In this document: piece by piece, positions 14,975-29,458 of the stretch
Layout of the letters: every line of letters starts with the position of its first letter
Numbering within the stretch: position 1 is the stretch's first letter
Assembly (NCBI GenBank): GCA_002269645.1
Contig: NIVC01000449.1
Span: 62,001-126,000, forward strand
DNA length: 64,000 nt
Source: Macrostomum lignano
Taxonomy: Eukaryota
Direction of reading: 5' to 3'
Notes under the pieces: model-generated
What the model was told of the DNA's origin: nothing
Seen by the model: the letters and a program-made list of their open reading frames with translations, nothing else
The model's database searches: none
Position numbers and translations under genes: made by a program

Positions 14975-16539
14975 ATGTCTGGCTACTGGAACAAATTCGG
15001 CCAGGTGTTCCGCGCCACCAAGGCGCTCTCGTCGGCGTCCTTGAACCTGTTCGATGACACAGCGGAAGATGGCGAAGATGGCATCGCCGGGAGCGGTGGC
15101 GACGGGGCGCCAGCGAACCGCTGCCAGACCTCGGCGGCATCACCGGCTGGATCGCCAAGCGCGCCTCGGTGGTGCTCAGCGACTGGGATCTCAACAGTGA
15201 CGATGAAGACTACGACGAATCTGAGGACGACGAAGTCCGCAACGCCGACAGTCGAATCCCGTTCGAGATTCCCAGCCTGCGGAACGCCAGACAGGCTGGC
15301 AAGCTGCGCAGCCTGGAGGACCGGCTGCGAGACGGCGCCGCAGCCAGCGTCGCTGCATCCGCCGCTGCCGCCGCTGCCGCCGCCGCCGCCGCCTCCGCCG
15401 CCTCAGCATCCGCCAGCATTGGCAGCAGCCCGACCCCGAGTCCGGCGCACCTGTCCCGCAGGCAGCAGCCAGCCAGACAACCGTCTCAGCGAGGCTCTTC
15501 TTTGAGAGAGACAAGTCGAAGACCGCTGCACTCTGCGCCGCCTCCGCTGCCACCGCCGCCTCAGCTGCCGCCGCCGCCTCAGCTGCCGCCGCCACAGCAA
15601 CTTCAAAAATTAGAGGCTCAAAGCCAGAAGCATGAGCACCAGGTTCAGCCTGCGAATCAATCGTTACCATCGACTCAGCAACAGGAATGCACAACTCAGC
15701 CACTTCAACATCCTCCGACTCAGAAACTGGAGCAAATGACTCAGCTAAGTCAGTCTCCAGCTCAAAAAACTCAGTCTCCGAGTCAGAAACTTCAAACACC
15801 CACTCAGCAATCTCCTCCGACTTCGCTACCGCAATCTCCTGTTCAGCGATCTGAACCATCGACTCAGCAATCTGAACCATCGACTCAGCAATCTGAACCA
15901 TCGACTCAGCAATCTGAACCATCGTCTCAGCAACCTGAATCATCGACTCAGCAATTTAAAACAACAAATCAGCAAACTCTACGAAATCAGCAATTTCCAC
16001 CGAATCAGCAACCTCAATTGTCGCTCAGCAACCTCAAAAATCGACTCAACAACTTCGAACACCAAATCAGCAGCCTCAACCTTCGACTCAAAAACCTGAG
16101 CAACAGACTCAGCAACCTCAAACTTCGACTCAGCAACCTGAACAACAGACTCAGCAACCTCAACCTTCGACTCAGCAACCTGAACCACAGACTCAGCAAC
16201 CTCAACTATCGACTCAGCAACCTGAACCACAGACTCAGCAACCTCAACTATCGACTCAGCAACCTGAACCACAGACTCAGCAACCTCAACTATCGACTCA
16301 GCAACCTGAACCACAGACTCAGAAACCTCAAACGCAGCCCAAAAAACCGCCTCAGCAGCGTCCTCTGCCGCCGCCGCCCCGACCGCCCAGACCGGTCTCC
16401 AAGCCGTTAGTCTTTGCGGGAACTCCAGCAGCAGTTGTCAAGGAAACCAACTCTGAGAGGAAGAACTCCGACTCGCTTGTTTACAATGAGGATGGAGGTT
16501 TTCATTCAAAGAATGAAGAGACTGGAAACTCATCAGATG
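14975..16539 (+). CDS. Large low-complexity alternative exon of the dystrophin gene (alternative first exon from ATG 14975, or cassette from 14775); two apparent -1 frameshifts
   Basis: aaaaATG SGYWNKFGQVFRATKALSS... shifts near 15105 to ...LPDLGGITGWIAKRASVVLSDWDL..., shifts near 16020 into STQQPEPQTQQPQL repeats and on to ...ETGNSSD; donor G|gtcagt at 16540 is phase 1, matching exon 29459. Confidence 0.6.
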
Positions 16540-16587
16540 GTCAGTATGGGCGCTTCTGGTTTAGGGTAGCTTAAGAGTAGATTTTTG

Positions 16588-16589
16588 GG

Positions 16590-16684
<95 letters not shown>

Positions 16685-16688
16685 AGAG

Positions 16689-16768
<80 letters not shown>
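16588..16768. repeat. (CTGT)n
   Basis: Direct reading. Confidence 0.95.
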
Positions 16769-17317
16769 CTAACTTCATCCGCCCAGCAAAATCACACACC
16801 GATTCTCAATGCAGTCTCAAGGCAGTTTGCTGCCAATTAGCAGAGGATTTGAGCTGGGGGTTGCCAGGCTGGGAGCATTAATTAGCCCAAATTCCGTTGC
16901 CAAGCCAAGTTGCATCCGTGCCGGTGCATCGCAGAATTGAATGCATTAAGATGGGCCAATATTCAAATCCCCTCCGTACAGTATAATGGGGAATTCAATT
17001 GGTTTGTTGTGAAGAAAATTTGCATGCAGATGGGTCGAAGCGCATGTAGTGTTATTCATATATATAGTGAGGCAGGAGTCCAATACTTCTAGCTGAGAGG
17101 CACTTTATAACCAATGGAAAACTTTATTGCTTCACTACTCTTAACAGAATATAAGTTTATTTATATGAAACTTTATAGAATTCTGATTTTATATAGGGTA
17201 AATTTAGATTTGTACTTTTTCTTTTTAGATTTAGAAACTGTAACTTAGTCTGTTTTTTCTTTAATTATTGTTATACATATAAATTATATATTGTATCTTT
17301 GTAAATTTAGGTATATT

Positions 17318-18525
17318 AGGAGACACAGGGACACATACGGAAACACAGGGAGAGACAGGAAGACACAGGGAGACACAGGGAGACACAGGGAGACACAGGG
17401 AGACAGTGAGACACAGTGAGACACAGTGAGACACAGTGAGACACAGTGAGACACAGTGAGACACAGTGAGACACAGGGAGACACAGGGAGACACAGGGAG
17501 ACGGGGAGACACATGGAGACACATGGAGACACAGAGAGACACAGGGAGACACAGTGAGACACAGAGAGACAGTGAGACACAGTGAGACACAGTGAGACAC
17601 AGGGAGACACAGGGAGACACAGGCAGACACAGGGAGACACAGGGAGACACAGGGAGACACAGGGAGACAGTGAGACACAGTGAGACACAGTGAGACACAG
17701 TGAGACACAGTGAGACACAGTGAGACACAGTGAGACACAGGGAGACACAGGGAGACACAGGGAGACGGGGAGACACATGGAGACACATGGAGACACAGAG
17801 AGACACAGGGAGACACAGTGAGACACAGAGAGACAGTGAGACACAGTGAGACACAGTGAGACACAGGGAGACACAGTGAGACACAGGGAGACACAGGGAG
17901 ACACAGGGAGACACAGGGAGACACAGGGAGACACAGGGAGACACAGGGAGACACAGGGAGACACAGGGAGACACAGGGAGACACAGGGAGACACAGTGAG
18001 ACACAGTGAGACACAGTGAGACACAGTGAAACACAGGGAGACACAGGGAGACACAGGGAGACACAGTGAGACACAGAGAGACAGTGAGACACAGTGAGAC
18101 ACAGGGAGACACAGTGAGACACAGTGAGACACAGTGAGACACAGTGAGACACAGTGAAACACAGGGAGACACAGGGAGACACAGGGAGACACAGGGAGAC
18201 ACAGAGACAGAGAGACACAGTGAGACACAGGGAGACACAGGGAGACACAGGGAGACACAGGGAGACAGTGAGACACAGGGAGACACAGGGAGACACAGGG
18301 AGACACAGTGAGACACAGGGAGACACAGGGAGACACAGGGAGACACAGGGAGACACAGGGAGACACAGGGAGACACATGGAGACACAGGGAGACACAGGG
18401 AGACACAGGGAGACACAGAGAGACAGGGAGACACAGGGAGACAGGCAGACACAGGGAGACGGGGAGACACACGGAGACACAGGGAGACACAGGGAGACAG
18501 GCAGACACAGGGAGACGGGGAGACA
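17318..18525. repeat. 10-mer GGGAGACACA/GTGAGACACA array
   Basis: Direct reading. Confidence 0.95.
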
Positions 18526-19194
18526 GTAGATTAGTTGCCAGGCGCATGCAAGCTGTCGATTTTGTCACCTTAAGAGTTGGCGGATGGGAACGGCAGATCG
18601 ATGCCTCATCTCCCCAAGCTTCCGCGCACACGGCTATTGTCGGCTAAAAGCCAAGTAAGAAAAAATTCAGAAAATGAAGTTAGGAAAAAGGGAAGGAAGG
18701 AAGTTAAGGCGGAGACTGACTGCATCGTCGGGTGTCATCATCAAAAATACCTGTGCTAAGCTAGCTGTTTTCCTGGGAATTGGGATATATTGTCAGGACT
18801 TGGGCTTATCCTATATAGCTAGCATGTATGCTGTTAAAAGTTTATACCGAAGCAGAGCAGGGAAATGATTGATTGTAATCCCCGATCTCAGTGGCTGGTA
18901 GGCTTTCGGTCTCTGTACTTTAATACGAGGAGTTAGTTATAGGTTTGGCTCTGGGCTTCCTGCTTTCTTAGAAGGCGAACTACTTGGGTCTCTGAGAGTC
19001 AACCGCTGGGGCTTTGAGGACACTCCTTGTGTGAGATGCTCATTTTGAGCTGGCGGAATTCCAGTTATAAGTATAGACTTAGTATTGTAGTAATATGGGT
19101 GTACTTGGCAGTGTGCAGAGGCTGCTCTGGATAAAAGTCAGGGACTGCTCAGAAGATAAATGTGTGACTATTCAGTGAATAAGTCTGGGACTAT

Positions 19195-19820
19195 TTAGAG
19201 GAAAAATATGGGACTATTTCGTTGAGAAATCTAGGACTATTTAGTAGAGAATCTGGGACTATTTAGTATAGATATCTGGGACTATTTAGTATAGATATCT
19301 GGGACTTTTTAGTATAGATATCTGGGACTATTTAGTATAGATATCTGGGACTATTTAGTATAGATATCTGGGACTATTTAGTATAGATATCTGGGACTAT
19401 TTAGTATAGATATCTGGGACTATTTAGTATAGATATCTGGGACTATTTAGTATAGATATCTGGGACTATTTAGTATAGATATCTGGGACTATTTAGTATA
19501 GATATCTGGGACTATTTAGTATAGAAATCTGGGACTATTTAGTATAGAAATCTGGGACTATTTAGTATAGATATCTGGGACTATTTAGTATAGATATCTG
19601 GGACTATTTAGTATAGATATCTGGGACTATTTAGTATAGAAATCTGGGACTATTTAGTATAGATATCTGGGACTATTTAGTATAGATATCTGGGACTATT
19701 TAGTATAGATATCTGGGACTATTTAGTATAGAAATCTGGGACTATTTAGTATAGATATCTGGGACTATTTAGTATAGAAATCTGGGACTATTTAGTAATG
19801 AAATCTGGGACTATTTAGTA
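19195..19820. repeat. 23-mer GGGACTATTTAGTATAGATATCT array
   Basis: Direct reading. Confidence 0.95.
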
Positions 19821-20054
19821 AAGAATAATAATAATTTGGTCTTGTTTGTCTACTTAAGTGAGTAGTAAGCTAAGCAATATATTGCGGTTATTTTTTCGTT
19901 TTCCACTCAAAACAGGAAGCTGGTTAAATCTCTTGAAATTCGCTAGCAACAATGAAAGCTTTGACTCGAAAATTTGTTTAAGAGCCACTTCAAAGAAAAT
20001 ATTTATTAAACATTTTTCAAGGATCATTGATTCTTATTGTGGTTAGATTATTCC

Positions 20055-20211
20055 CAGTGCTGGGCGTTAACTAGTTAATTGTTTAACTAGTTAATTAACT
20101 AGTTAAATTTTTTAAAAAATCGTTAAATTTTCGTTAAATTTTTTTGGAGCAATTAAATTAACTTTTTAACTTTTAACGAGTTAAAAAAATTGATTAACTT
20201 GCCCAGCACTG
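20055..20211. mobile_element. 157-bp MITE, hAT-like
   Basis: Perfect 11-bp TIR CAGTGCTGGGC/GCCCAGCACTG; 8-bp TSD ATTATTCC at 20047-20054 and 20212-20219; AT-rich interior with TTAAC/GTTAA subterminal motifs. Confidence 0.85.
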
Positions 20212-20339
20212 ATTATTCCCAACTTTGAGTTCAATTCAGGTTGTGTATTGTGTAAATTCGAAAATATGGTCAAATAGCGGCTTTTATTATAAATGGCCCA
20301 TTCTAGCTTGAGATAAATTTTCAAGGGAAATATAGGTGG

Positions 20340-21875
20340 AGTTTCAGCGGTAATTCGGATATAGTTTGGGGGGAATTCTGGTTGAGTTTGGGGGGAATTC
20401 TGGTGGAGGTTGGGGGGAATTCTGGTGGAGGTTGGGGGGGGGAACTCTGGTGAAGTTTTGCGGGGAATTCAGGCAAAATTTCCAGGGAATTCAGGCAAAA
20501 TTTCCAGGGAATTCAGGTGAAGTTTCGGGTGGATTAAGGTGGAGTTTCGGAAGGAATTCAGGTTGAGTTTTGGGGGGAATTCAGGTGGAATTTTAGGGGA
20601 AATTCAGGTGGAGTTCCTTGGGAATTGAGGTGAAGCTTTGGGAAAAATTCAAGTGGAGTTTCAGGGGGAATTCAGGTGGAGTTTCGGGGGGAATTCAGGT
20701 GGAGTTTCGGGGGGAATTCAGGTGGAGTTTCGGGGGGAATTCAGGTGGAGTTTCGGGGTGAATTCAGGTGGAGTTTCGGGGTGAATTCAGGTGGAGTTTC
20801 GGGGTGAATTCAGGTGGAGTTTCGGGGGGAATTCAGGTGGAGTTTCGGGGGGAATTCAGGTGGAGTTTTGGTGAATTCAGGTGGAGTTTCGGGGGGAATT
20901 CAGGTGGAGTTTCGGGGGGAATTCAGGTGGAGTTTCGGGGGGAATTCAGGTGGAGTTTCGGGGGGAATTCAGGTGGAGTTTTGGGGTGAATTCAGGTGGA
21001 GTTTCGGGGGGAATTCAGGTGGAGTTTCGGGGGGAATTCAGGTGGAGTTTCGGGGTGAATTCAGGTGGAGTTTCGGGGTGAATTCAGGTGGAGTTTCGGG
21101 GGAATTCAGGTGGAGTTTCGGGGGAATTCAGGTGGAGTTTCGGGGGGAATTCAGGTGGAGTTTTGGGGGGAATTCAGGTGGAGTTTCGGGGGGAATTCAG
21201 GTGGAGTTTCGGGGGAAATTCAGGTGGAGTTTTGGGGGGAATTCAGGTGGAGTTTTGGGGGGAATTCAGGTGGAGTTTCGGGGGGAATTCAGGTGGAGTT
21301 TTGGGGGGAATTCAGGTGGAGTTTCAGGGGAAATTCAGGTGGAGTTCCGGGGGAATTCAGGTGAAGCTTTGGGAAAAATTCAGGTGGAGTTCCGGGGGAA
21401 TTCAGGTGTAGTTTCGGGGGGAATTCAGGTGGAGTTTCAGGGGAAATTCAGGTGGAGTTCCGGGGGAATTCAGGTGAAGCTTTGGGAAAAATTCAGGTGG
21501 AGTTCCGGGGGAATTCAGGTGTAGTTTCGGGGGGAATTCAGGTGGAGTTTCGGGGGGAATTCAGGTGGAGTTCCGGGGGAATTCAGGTGGAGTTTTGGGA
21601 AATTCATTTGGAGTTTCGGGGGGAATTCAGGTGGAGTTTTGGGAAAAATTCAGGTGGAGTTTCAGGGGAAATTCAGGTGGAGTTCCGGGGGAATTCAGGT
21701 GGAGTTCCGGGGGAATTCAGGTGTAGTTTCGGGGGAATTCAGGTGGAAATTCGGGTGGATTAAGGTGGAGTTTCGGGGGGAATTCAGGTGGAGTTTCGGG
21801 GGGAATTCAGGTGGAGTTTCGGGGGGAATTCAGTTGGAGTTTCGGTGAATTCAGGTGGAGTTTCGGGGTGAATTT
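20340..21875. repeat. 23-mer GGGGGGAATTCAGGTGGAGTTTC array
   Basis: Direct reading. Confidence 0.95.
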
Positions 21876-22504
21876 GAAAGCTTTGTGTTCCTCATATTGA
21901 TTTCATTTTCGGCACCAAAACCTTCAAAAACCTGCTTGGATCAATAGACAGGTTCAAAAGAATAGGAACGTTCTGAACCGTATTCGTTCATTTTTTCTAC
22001 AATTCATGAATGCTCAAGTTAAACAGGCCATCATAAAGCATTCTATACATGTAGCCTCATCTATCCTTCCCCCCAACCCCTGATGAGGCGGGAGCAGCCC
22101 AGCTTCCTGGGCGAAAGTTTCTCCGCATGGCTTCTTCGGTGAGGAAACAACCCTAACGGAGCCTGCAGCCCGCCCCCAACCCAAACCTCATCGCCATCCA
22201 TCTCGGGGCATAAGAAACACGAGGGGGGAGGCAGCCACAGTGTACAGGGCATGCCCTGGCTCAGTTCTGGAGTCGGGACGGAGGGCAGAGAGCCACACTG
22301 GCAAAATAATTCAAGGAGACCCTTATGGACCAAAATCTGGAGTGCAGATTTTGCTGCCTCGGACCCTCAAATCCTAGTCAGTTAGTAGACACCTGCAGCA
22401 TCTGCGCCCCCCCCCCCTCGGGCAGTGGGCAACTCGGATTTACGGCATTTTCGAAGAAGGTTGGACTTCACCGCTCCAATCCTCACTTTATTTCTCCTAT
22501 ATTC

Positions 22505-23180
22505 TTTCCACTCTCTTCTCTCCTCTCTCCTCTCTCCTCCCCTCTCCTCCCTGTCCTCTCTCTCTCTCCTCTCCTCTCTCTCTCTCCTCTCCTCTCTCCC
22601 TTCTATTCTCTTCTCTCTCTTCTCTCTCCTCTCCTCTCTCCTCTATCCCCTCTCCTTTCTCCCCCTTCTCTCTTCCCTATCCTACCTCTTCTCTCTTATT
22701 TCTTTTTTTCCTCTTCTCTCTCACCTCTCTCTCTCTCTCTCTCCTCTCCTCTCTTCCTTCTCTTCTCTCCTCTCTCTTCTCTCTCCTCTCCTCTCTCCCT
22801 TCTCTTCTCTCCCCTCTGCTCTTTCCTCTCTCATGTCTCCTGTCTCCTTTCTCCCCCTTCTCTCTTCCCTCTCCTACCTCTTCTCTCCTCTCTCATTTCT
22901 CTTTTTTCCTCTCCCCTATCATCTCTCTCATCTCCCCTCTTTTTTTCTTCACTCTTTTCTCTTTTCTCCCGTCTCCTCTCTCCTTTCTACCGTCTTTTCT
23001 CTTCCATCTCCCACCTCTTCTCTCCTCTCTCATTTCTCTTTTATCCTCTCTCCTCTCCTCTATCCCCTCTCCTCTCTCCTCTCCTCTCTCTCCTCTCTTC
23101 TCTGTCCTCCCCTCTCCTCCCTGTCCTCTCTCTCCTCTCTCCTCTCCCCTCTGCTCTTTCCTGTCTCCTGTCTCCTCTTT
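22505..23180. repeat. CT-rich low-complexity tract
   Basis: Direct reading. Confidence 0.9.
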
Positions 23181-24214
23181 CCCGCACGTTTTCAATTTAA
23201 AATTTGCGCGCTCCCCACTCACCCATCGACTTCTCACTTTCTCTTGCGTTTGTACCGGTGAGCACCTGCCTTTAAAATATTCGCGATCATATTAGCCCTG
23301 AAAAAGAATATAAAATATTCGAAATTGAGTTTGGAGTTTGAGTGCTTTTCCCTTACTGCTCTCTCTTCTTAGGTACTAAATATGCTGTTTTAGACAGGTT
23401 GAGAACCTCTGAGCACCCGATTGGACTCAACAATCACAACAGTCTCGCCAATATTATAAAAAGTTTCCCACTCCAGATCTTTTTAGTTCACAGTCTCCTT
23501 GGCTCTTCCCCTTTTAGTTGTGGGCCCAAGCTTTTCCTCCTTACTCTCCCGTGCATCCCTCAACCCCCCCCCCAACCTTCTTGTTCTCTCGTTCCTCCCC
23601 TAATCCGACTAAGGTCATGGATTGTTACTAGGATGAGAAATCATTATCTATCCGAATTGAAACTTTACTTCATAGAATAATAAATTTAGCAAGCCTTTCC
23701 CTTTGTTTGAAATTATTAAACTTTTTAGAATTCAAACAATACAAATGAAAATTAAAAAATTCATCTGACTCGTCTTTAAACATGAATGTTTAATCATTTT
23801 TTCACACCAGATTCCTTATTCTAGAGCTCCATGAGCACATTGGACATCCGAGGCCCAATAGGCCCATCCAACAACCTCTCTCCCACCTCCCCCCTCTCCC
23901 TCCGGCCTCAAAAAAAGTTTTTTCGCACATCTCCTTCAAGGCCGTTCCTTCAGTGCGCTGCCTCAGATAATTTAGTTAAATGCCATCGCCGTCTCCTTAC
24001 CTCACTGGGGCATCCACTGATCTGAGTTGAGAAGATAACAGAGGTACAAAGATACACCTTCTACCTGAGGTGTGAAATATTTTGAGTATTTGTGCCCTGC
24101 TGTGTTGCTTGTGTCTCTTCTGGCTGAATTGGTGAGTGCCTTCAGATCAGAATGCTTTATTGAGGAATAGATGTGAAGAGATAGATGGATAGATAGCACA
24201 GTGAAGGATAGTAG

Positions 24215-25205
24215 AAAAAGGGAGATAGTAGACACAGAGAGGGAGATAGTAGACACAGAGAGGGAGATAGTAGACACAGAGAGGGAGATAGTAGACACAG
24301 AGAGGGAGATAGTAGACACAGAGAGGGAGATAGTAGACACAGAGAGGGAGATAGTAGACACAGAGAGGGAGATAGTAGACTCGGAGAAAGGGAGATAGTA
24401 GACACAGAGAGGGAGATAGTAGACTCGGAGAGAGGGAGATAGTAGACACAGAGAGAGAGATAGTAGACTCGGAGAAAGGGAGATAGTAGACACAGAGAGG
24501 GAGATAGTAGACACAGAGGGGGAGATAGTAGACACAGAGAGGAAGATAGTAGACTCGGAGAAAGGGAGATAGTAGACACAGAGGAAGAGATAGTAGACAC
24601 AGAGGGGGAGATAGTAGACACAGAGAGGGAGATAGTAGACACAGAGAGGGAGACAGTAGACACAGAGAGGGAGATAGTAGACACAGAGAGGGAGATAGTA
24701 GACACAGAGAGGGAGATAGTAGACACAGAGAGGGAGACAGTAGACACAGAGAGGGAGATAGTAGACACAGAGAGGGAGATAGTAGACACAGAGAGGGAGA
24801 TAGTAGACTCGGAGAAAGGGAGATAGTAGACACAGAGAGGGAGATAGTAGACTCGGAGAGAGGGAGATAGTAGACAGAGAGAGAGAGATAGTAGACTCGG
24901 AGAAAGGGAGATAGTAGACACAGAGAGGGAGATAGTAGACACAGAGGGGGAGATATTAGACACAGAGAGGAAGATAGTAGACACAGAGAGGGAGACAGTA
25001 GACACAGAGAGGGAGATAGTAGACACAGAGAGGGAGATAGTAGACACAGAGAGGGAGATAGTAGACACGGAGAGAGGGAGATAGTAGACACGGAGAGAGG
25101 GAGATAGTAGACACGGAGAGAGGGAGATAGTAGACACGGAGAGAGGGAGATAGTAGACACGGAGAGAGGGAGATCGTAGACACGGAGAGGGGGAGATAGT
25201 ATACA
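24215..25205. repeat. 21-mer GAGAGGGAGATAGTAGACACA array
   Basis: Direct reading. Confidence 0.95.
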
Positions 25206-25521
25206 GAGAGAGAGATACAATGGGCAGAGCAAAAATTGCAGGCTGAACAATATTTCATTAATTTCCATAAGAAAAGCCACCAGAGCCAATTTCGTTGTGT
25301 TGCAAAGTGAATTCCTGCCCGAACTCTCTGTTCGATCCACCGCCTCCCTGCGGTTTCTCTATGAGAGCTGAGTGCAGAAACTTCTCTGTAGAGCTGGTTT
25401 CTCTAAATTTATCTCAGAGTCCTTCTCATTCATTAAGGACTGATTTGCTTCGCTGCCACTCAGTTTGGTCTACTTTTTCTATCCTAAAGTGCATAAACAC
25501 TGGTTATATGTAGTGTCTGTC

Positions 25522-26940
<1,419 letters not shown>

Positions 26941-27554
26941 CATTTAGCCTCTTTTAATTAATAGCCCCAATAATAGTCCCTAAGGCTATTACGCAATCTA
27001 AGGTGCTACGCAGATTAGCTCAGAGCTGTCAGGCTGCCACTTACGCAATCGTCGCAGTACTTGACCCCTGTAATCAGCTTTGTATTATCGCTCACAATGC
27101 ATTTTATCCACTCTACCATATAGAAAGCATCTAATTTGTCTTGACAGAGCGCAAATGACTAACAAAACTTCTATTCAATGAGCCAGCTCTTTCATTACCC
27201 ACGCGAATAAAGTAAAATCTCTTTAGCTTGTCCCTGTGTGACCTGAGCTCCAGTTTTGGGAATATTTTCCAACCCTATAACTATGACGGGTATTCTAAAT
27301 GTAATCTCATTGCAATTTAGACGGGATGAAGAAGGGATTAGTGAAGAAAGGAGGCTCGAGGTTAGCTCAAAAAAACCGTTTCTTTTGCGCAATGAAATGC
27401 ACGAGTCGAGCGAGTTTGTCGACCGAAAGTTTTTGCTGAATCACGGCGCCCCTTTGACTCGCGAACCGTGTAGGAGTAATGAGTGAGGGCGCCGGCTGAG
27501 AGGCCTGAGGCACGGTTACTGTGGAGGGTGGAGAGAGAAATACACTGATGGTTG

Positions 27555-28125
27555 AGATATGGGTGAGAGAGAGGGAGATAGAGAGGAGGAGAGAAGGAGA
27601 GGAAAGAAGGAGAGGAAGAGGGAAAGAATGAGAGGGAGAGAATGAGAGAGAGAAGGAGAGGGACAGGAAGAGAAGAAGAGGGAGAGAGGGACAGGAAGAG
27701 AAGAAGAGGGAGAGAAGGAGAGAGAGAAGGAGAGGGAGAGAAGGAGAGGGAGAGAAGGAGAGGGAGAGGGAGAGAGGGAGAGGGAGAGAAGGAGAGGGAG
27801 AGGGAGAGAAGGAGAGGGAGAGAGGGAGAGGGAGAGAAGGAGAGGGAGAGGGAGAGAAGGAGAGGGAGAGAGGGAGAGGGAGAGGGAGAGAGGGAGAGGG
27901 AGAGGGAGAGAAGGAGAGGGAGAGGGAGAGGGAGAGAAGGAGAGGGAGAGGGAGAGAGGGAGAGGGAGAGGGAGAGAAGGAGAGGGAGAGGGAGAGAAGG
28001 AGAGGGAGAGGGAAAGAATGAGAGGGAGAGAAGGAGAGGGAGAGAAGGAGAGGGAGAGGGAAAGAATGAGAGGGAGAGAAGGAGAGAGAGAGAAGGAGAG
28101 GGAGAGGAGAGAAAGACGAAGAGTA
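27555..28125. repeat. AG-rich (GAGAGG/AAGG) tract
   Basis: Direct reading. Confidence 0.9.
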
Positions 28126-28424
28126 GGGGAGGAAGGGGCAGGAATGGGATCTGAGAAGTGCATCCCCACCGAAGAGTCAAGTGTGCATCAGAGCTAGAAT
28201 GCTAGCAGACTCATCTGCAGAGCGGAACATTTGCAGAAATGCTTTATTTTCCCAAAGCAAACATTTTGGTAACGCAGTAATTTTTTCCCAGGAAGAAACT
28301 AAATACCCCTTAACGTTACAGTTAGAGGAACTGGACAAATTAATAAATCATAAGTTAGCCGTATTGCTTACTGAATATTCTTCTAGTAGAAAACCCGGCT
28401 TTTACTGCATTTAGCAGGAAAATT

Positions 28425-29315
28425 TGAAATGCGTCAGTAGATTCTAATTGAAATGTGTCAGTAGATTCTAATGGAAATGCGTCAGTAGAATCTGACTGAA
28501 ATGTGTCATTAGATTCTAATTGAAATGTGTCAGTAGATTCTAATTGAAATGTGTCAGTAGATTCTAATTGAAATGTGTCATTAGATTCTAATTGAAATGT
28601 GTCTGTAGATTCTGATTGAAATGTGTCAGTAGATTCTAATTGAAATGTGTCAGTAGACTCTAATTGAAATTGGTCAGTATATATTAAGTGAAATGTGTCA
28701 GTAGATTCTAATTGAAATGTGTCATTAGATTCTAATTGAAATGTGTCAGTAGATTCTAATTGATATGTGTCAGTAGATTCTAATTGAAATGTGTCAGTAG
28801 ATTCTAATTGAAATGTGTCAGTAGATTCAAATTGAAATGTGTCAGTAGATTCTAATTGATATGTGTCAGTAGATTCTAATTGAAATGTGTCAGTAGATTC
28901 TAATTGAAATGTGTCAGTAGATTCTAATGGAAATGTGTCAGTAGACTCTAATTGAAATGTGTCAGTAGATTCTAATTGAATTGTGTCAGTAGACTCTAAT
29001 TGAAATGTGTCAGTAGACTCTAATTGAAATGTGTCAGTAGATTCTAATTGAAATGTGTCATTAGATTCTAATTGAAATGTGTCAGTAGATTCTAATTGAA
29101 ATGTGTCAGTAGATTCTAATTGAAATGTGTCAGTAGATTCTGATTGAAATGCGTCAGTAGATTCTAATTGAAATGTGTCAGTGGATTCTAATTGAAATAT
29201 GTCAGTAGATTCTGATTGAAATGTGTCAGTAGATTCTGATTGAAATGCGTCAGTAGATTCTAATTGAAATGTGTCAGTAGATTCTAATTGAAATGTGTCA
29301 GTAGATTCCAATGAA
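28425..29315. repeat. 24-mer GTCAGTAGATTCTAATTGAAATGT array
   Basis: Direct reading. Confidence 0.95.
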
Positions 29316-29458
29316 AAGTTGTCAGCAGATGAGTAGATAAGTCAGGTTTCAGTGAAAGTCAAAGAAAAAAGTGTGTCAGGTAGTGCTTGTCAGCTGAAAC
29401 AGTCTGTGTCAGACTCATAAACCAAGTGAGTTTATGACCCTCCGCCCGCCACCCGCAG

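Noticed and set aside
22076-22175. CTGATGAG...GCCCAG-CTTC-CTGGGC-GAAA, hammerhead-ribozyme-like
   Set aside because: Ten extra nt separate CUGAUGA from the hairpin, there is no U at the 16.1 position after the putative stem III, and no partner strand for stem I.
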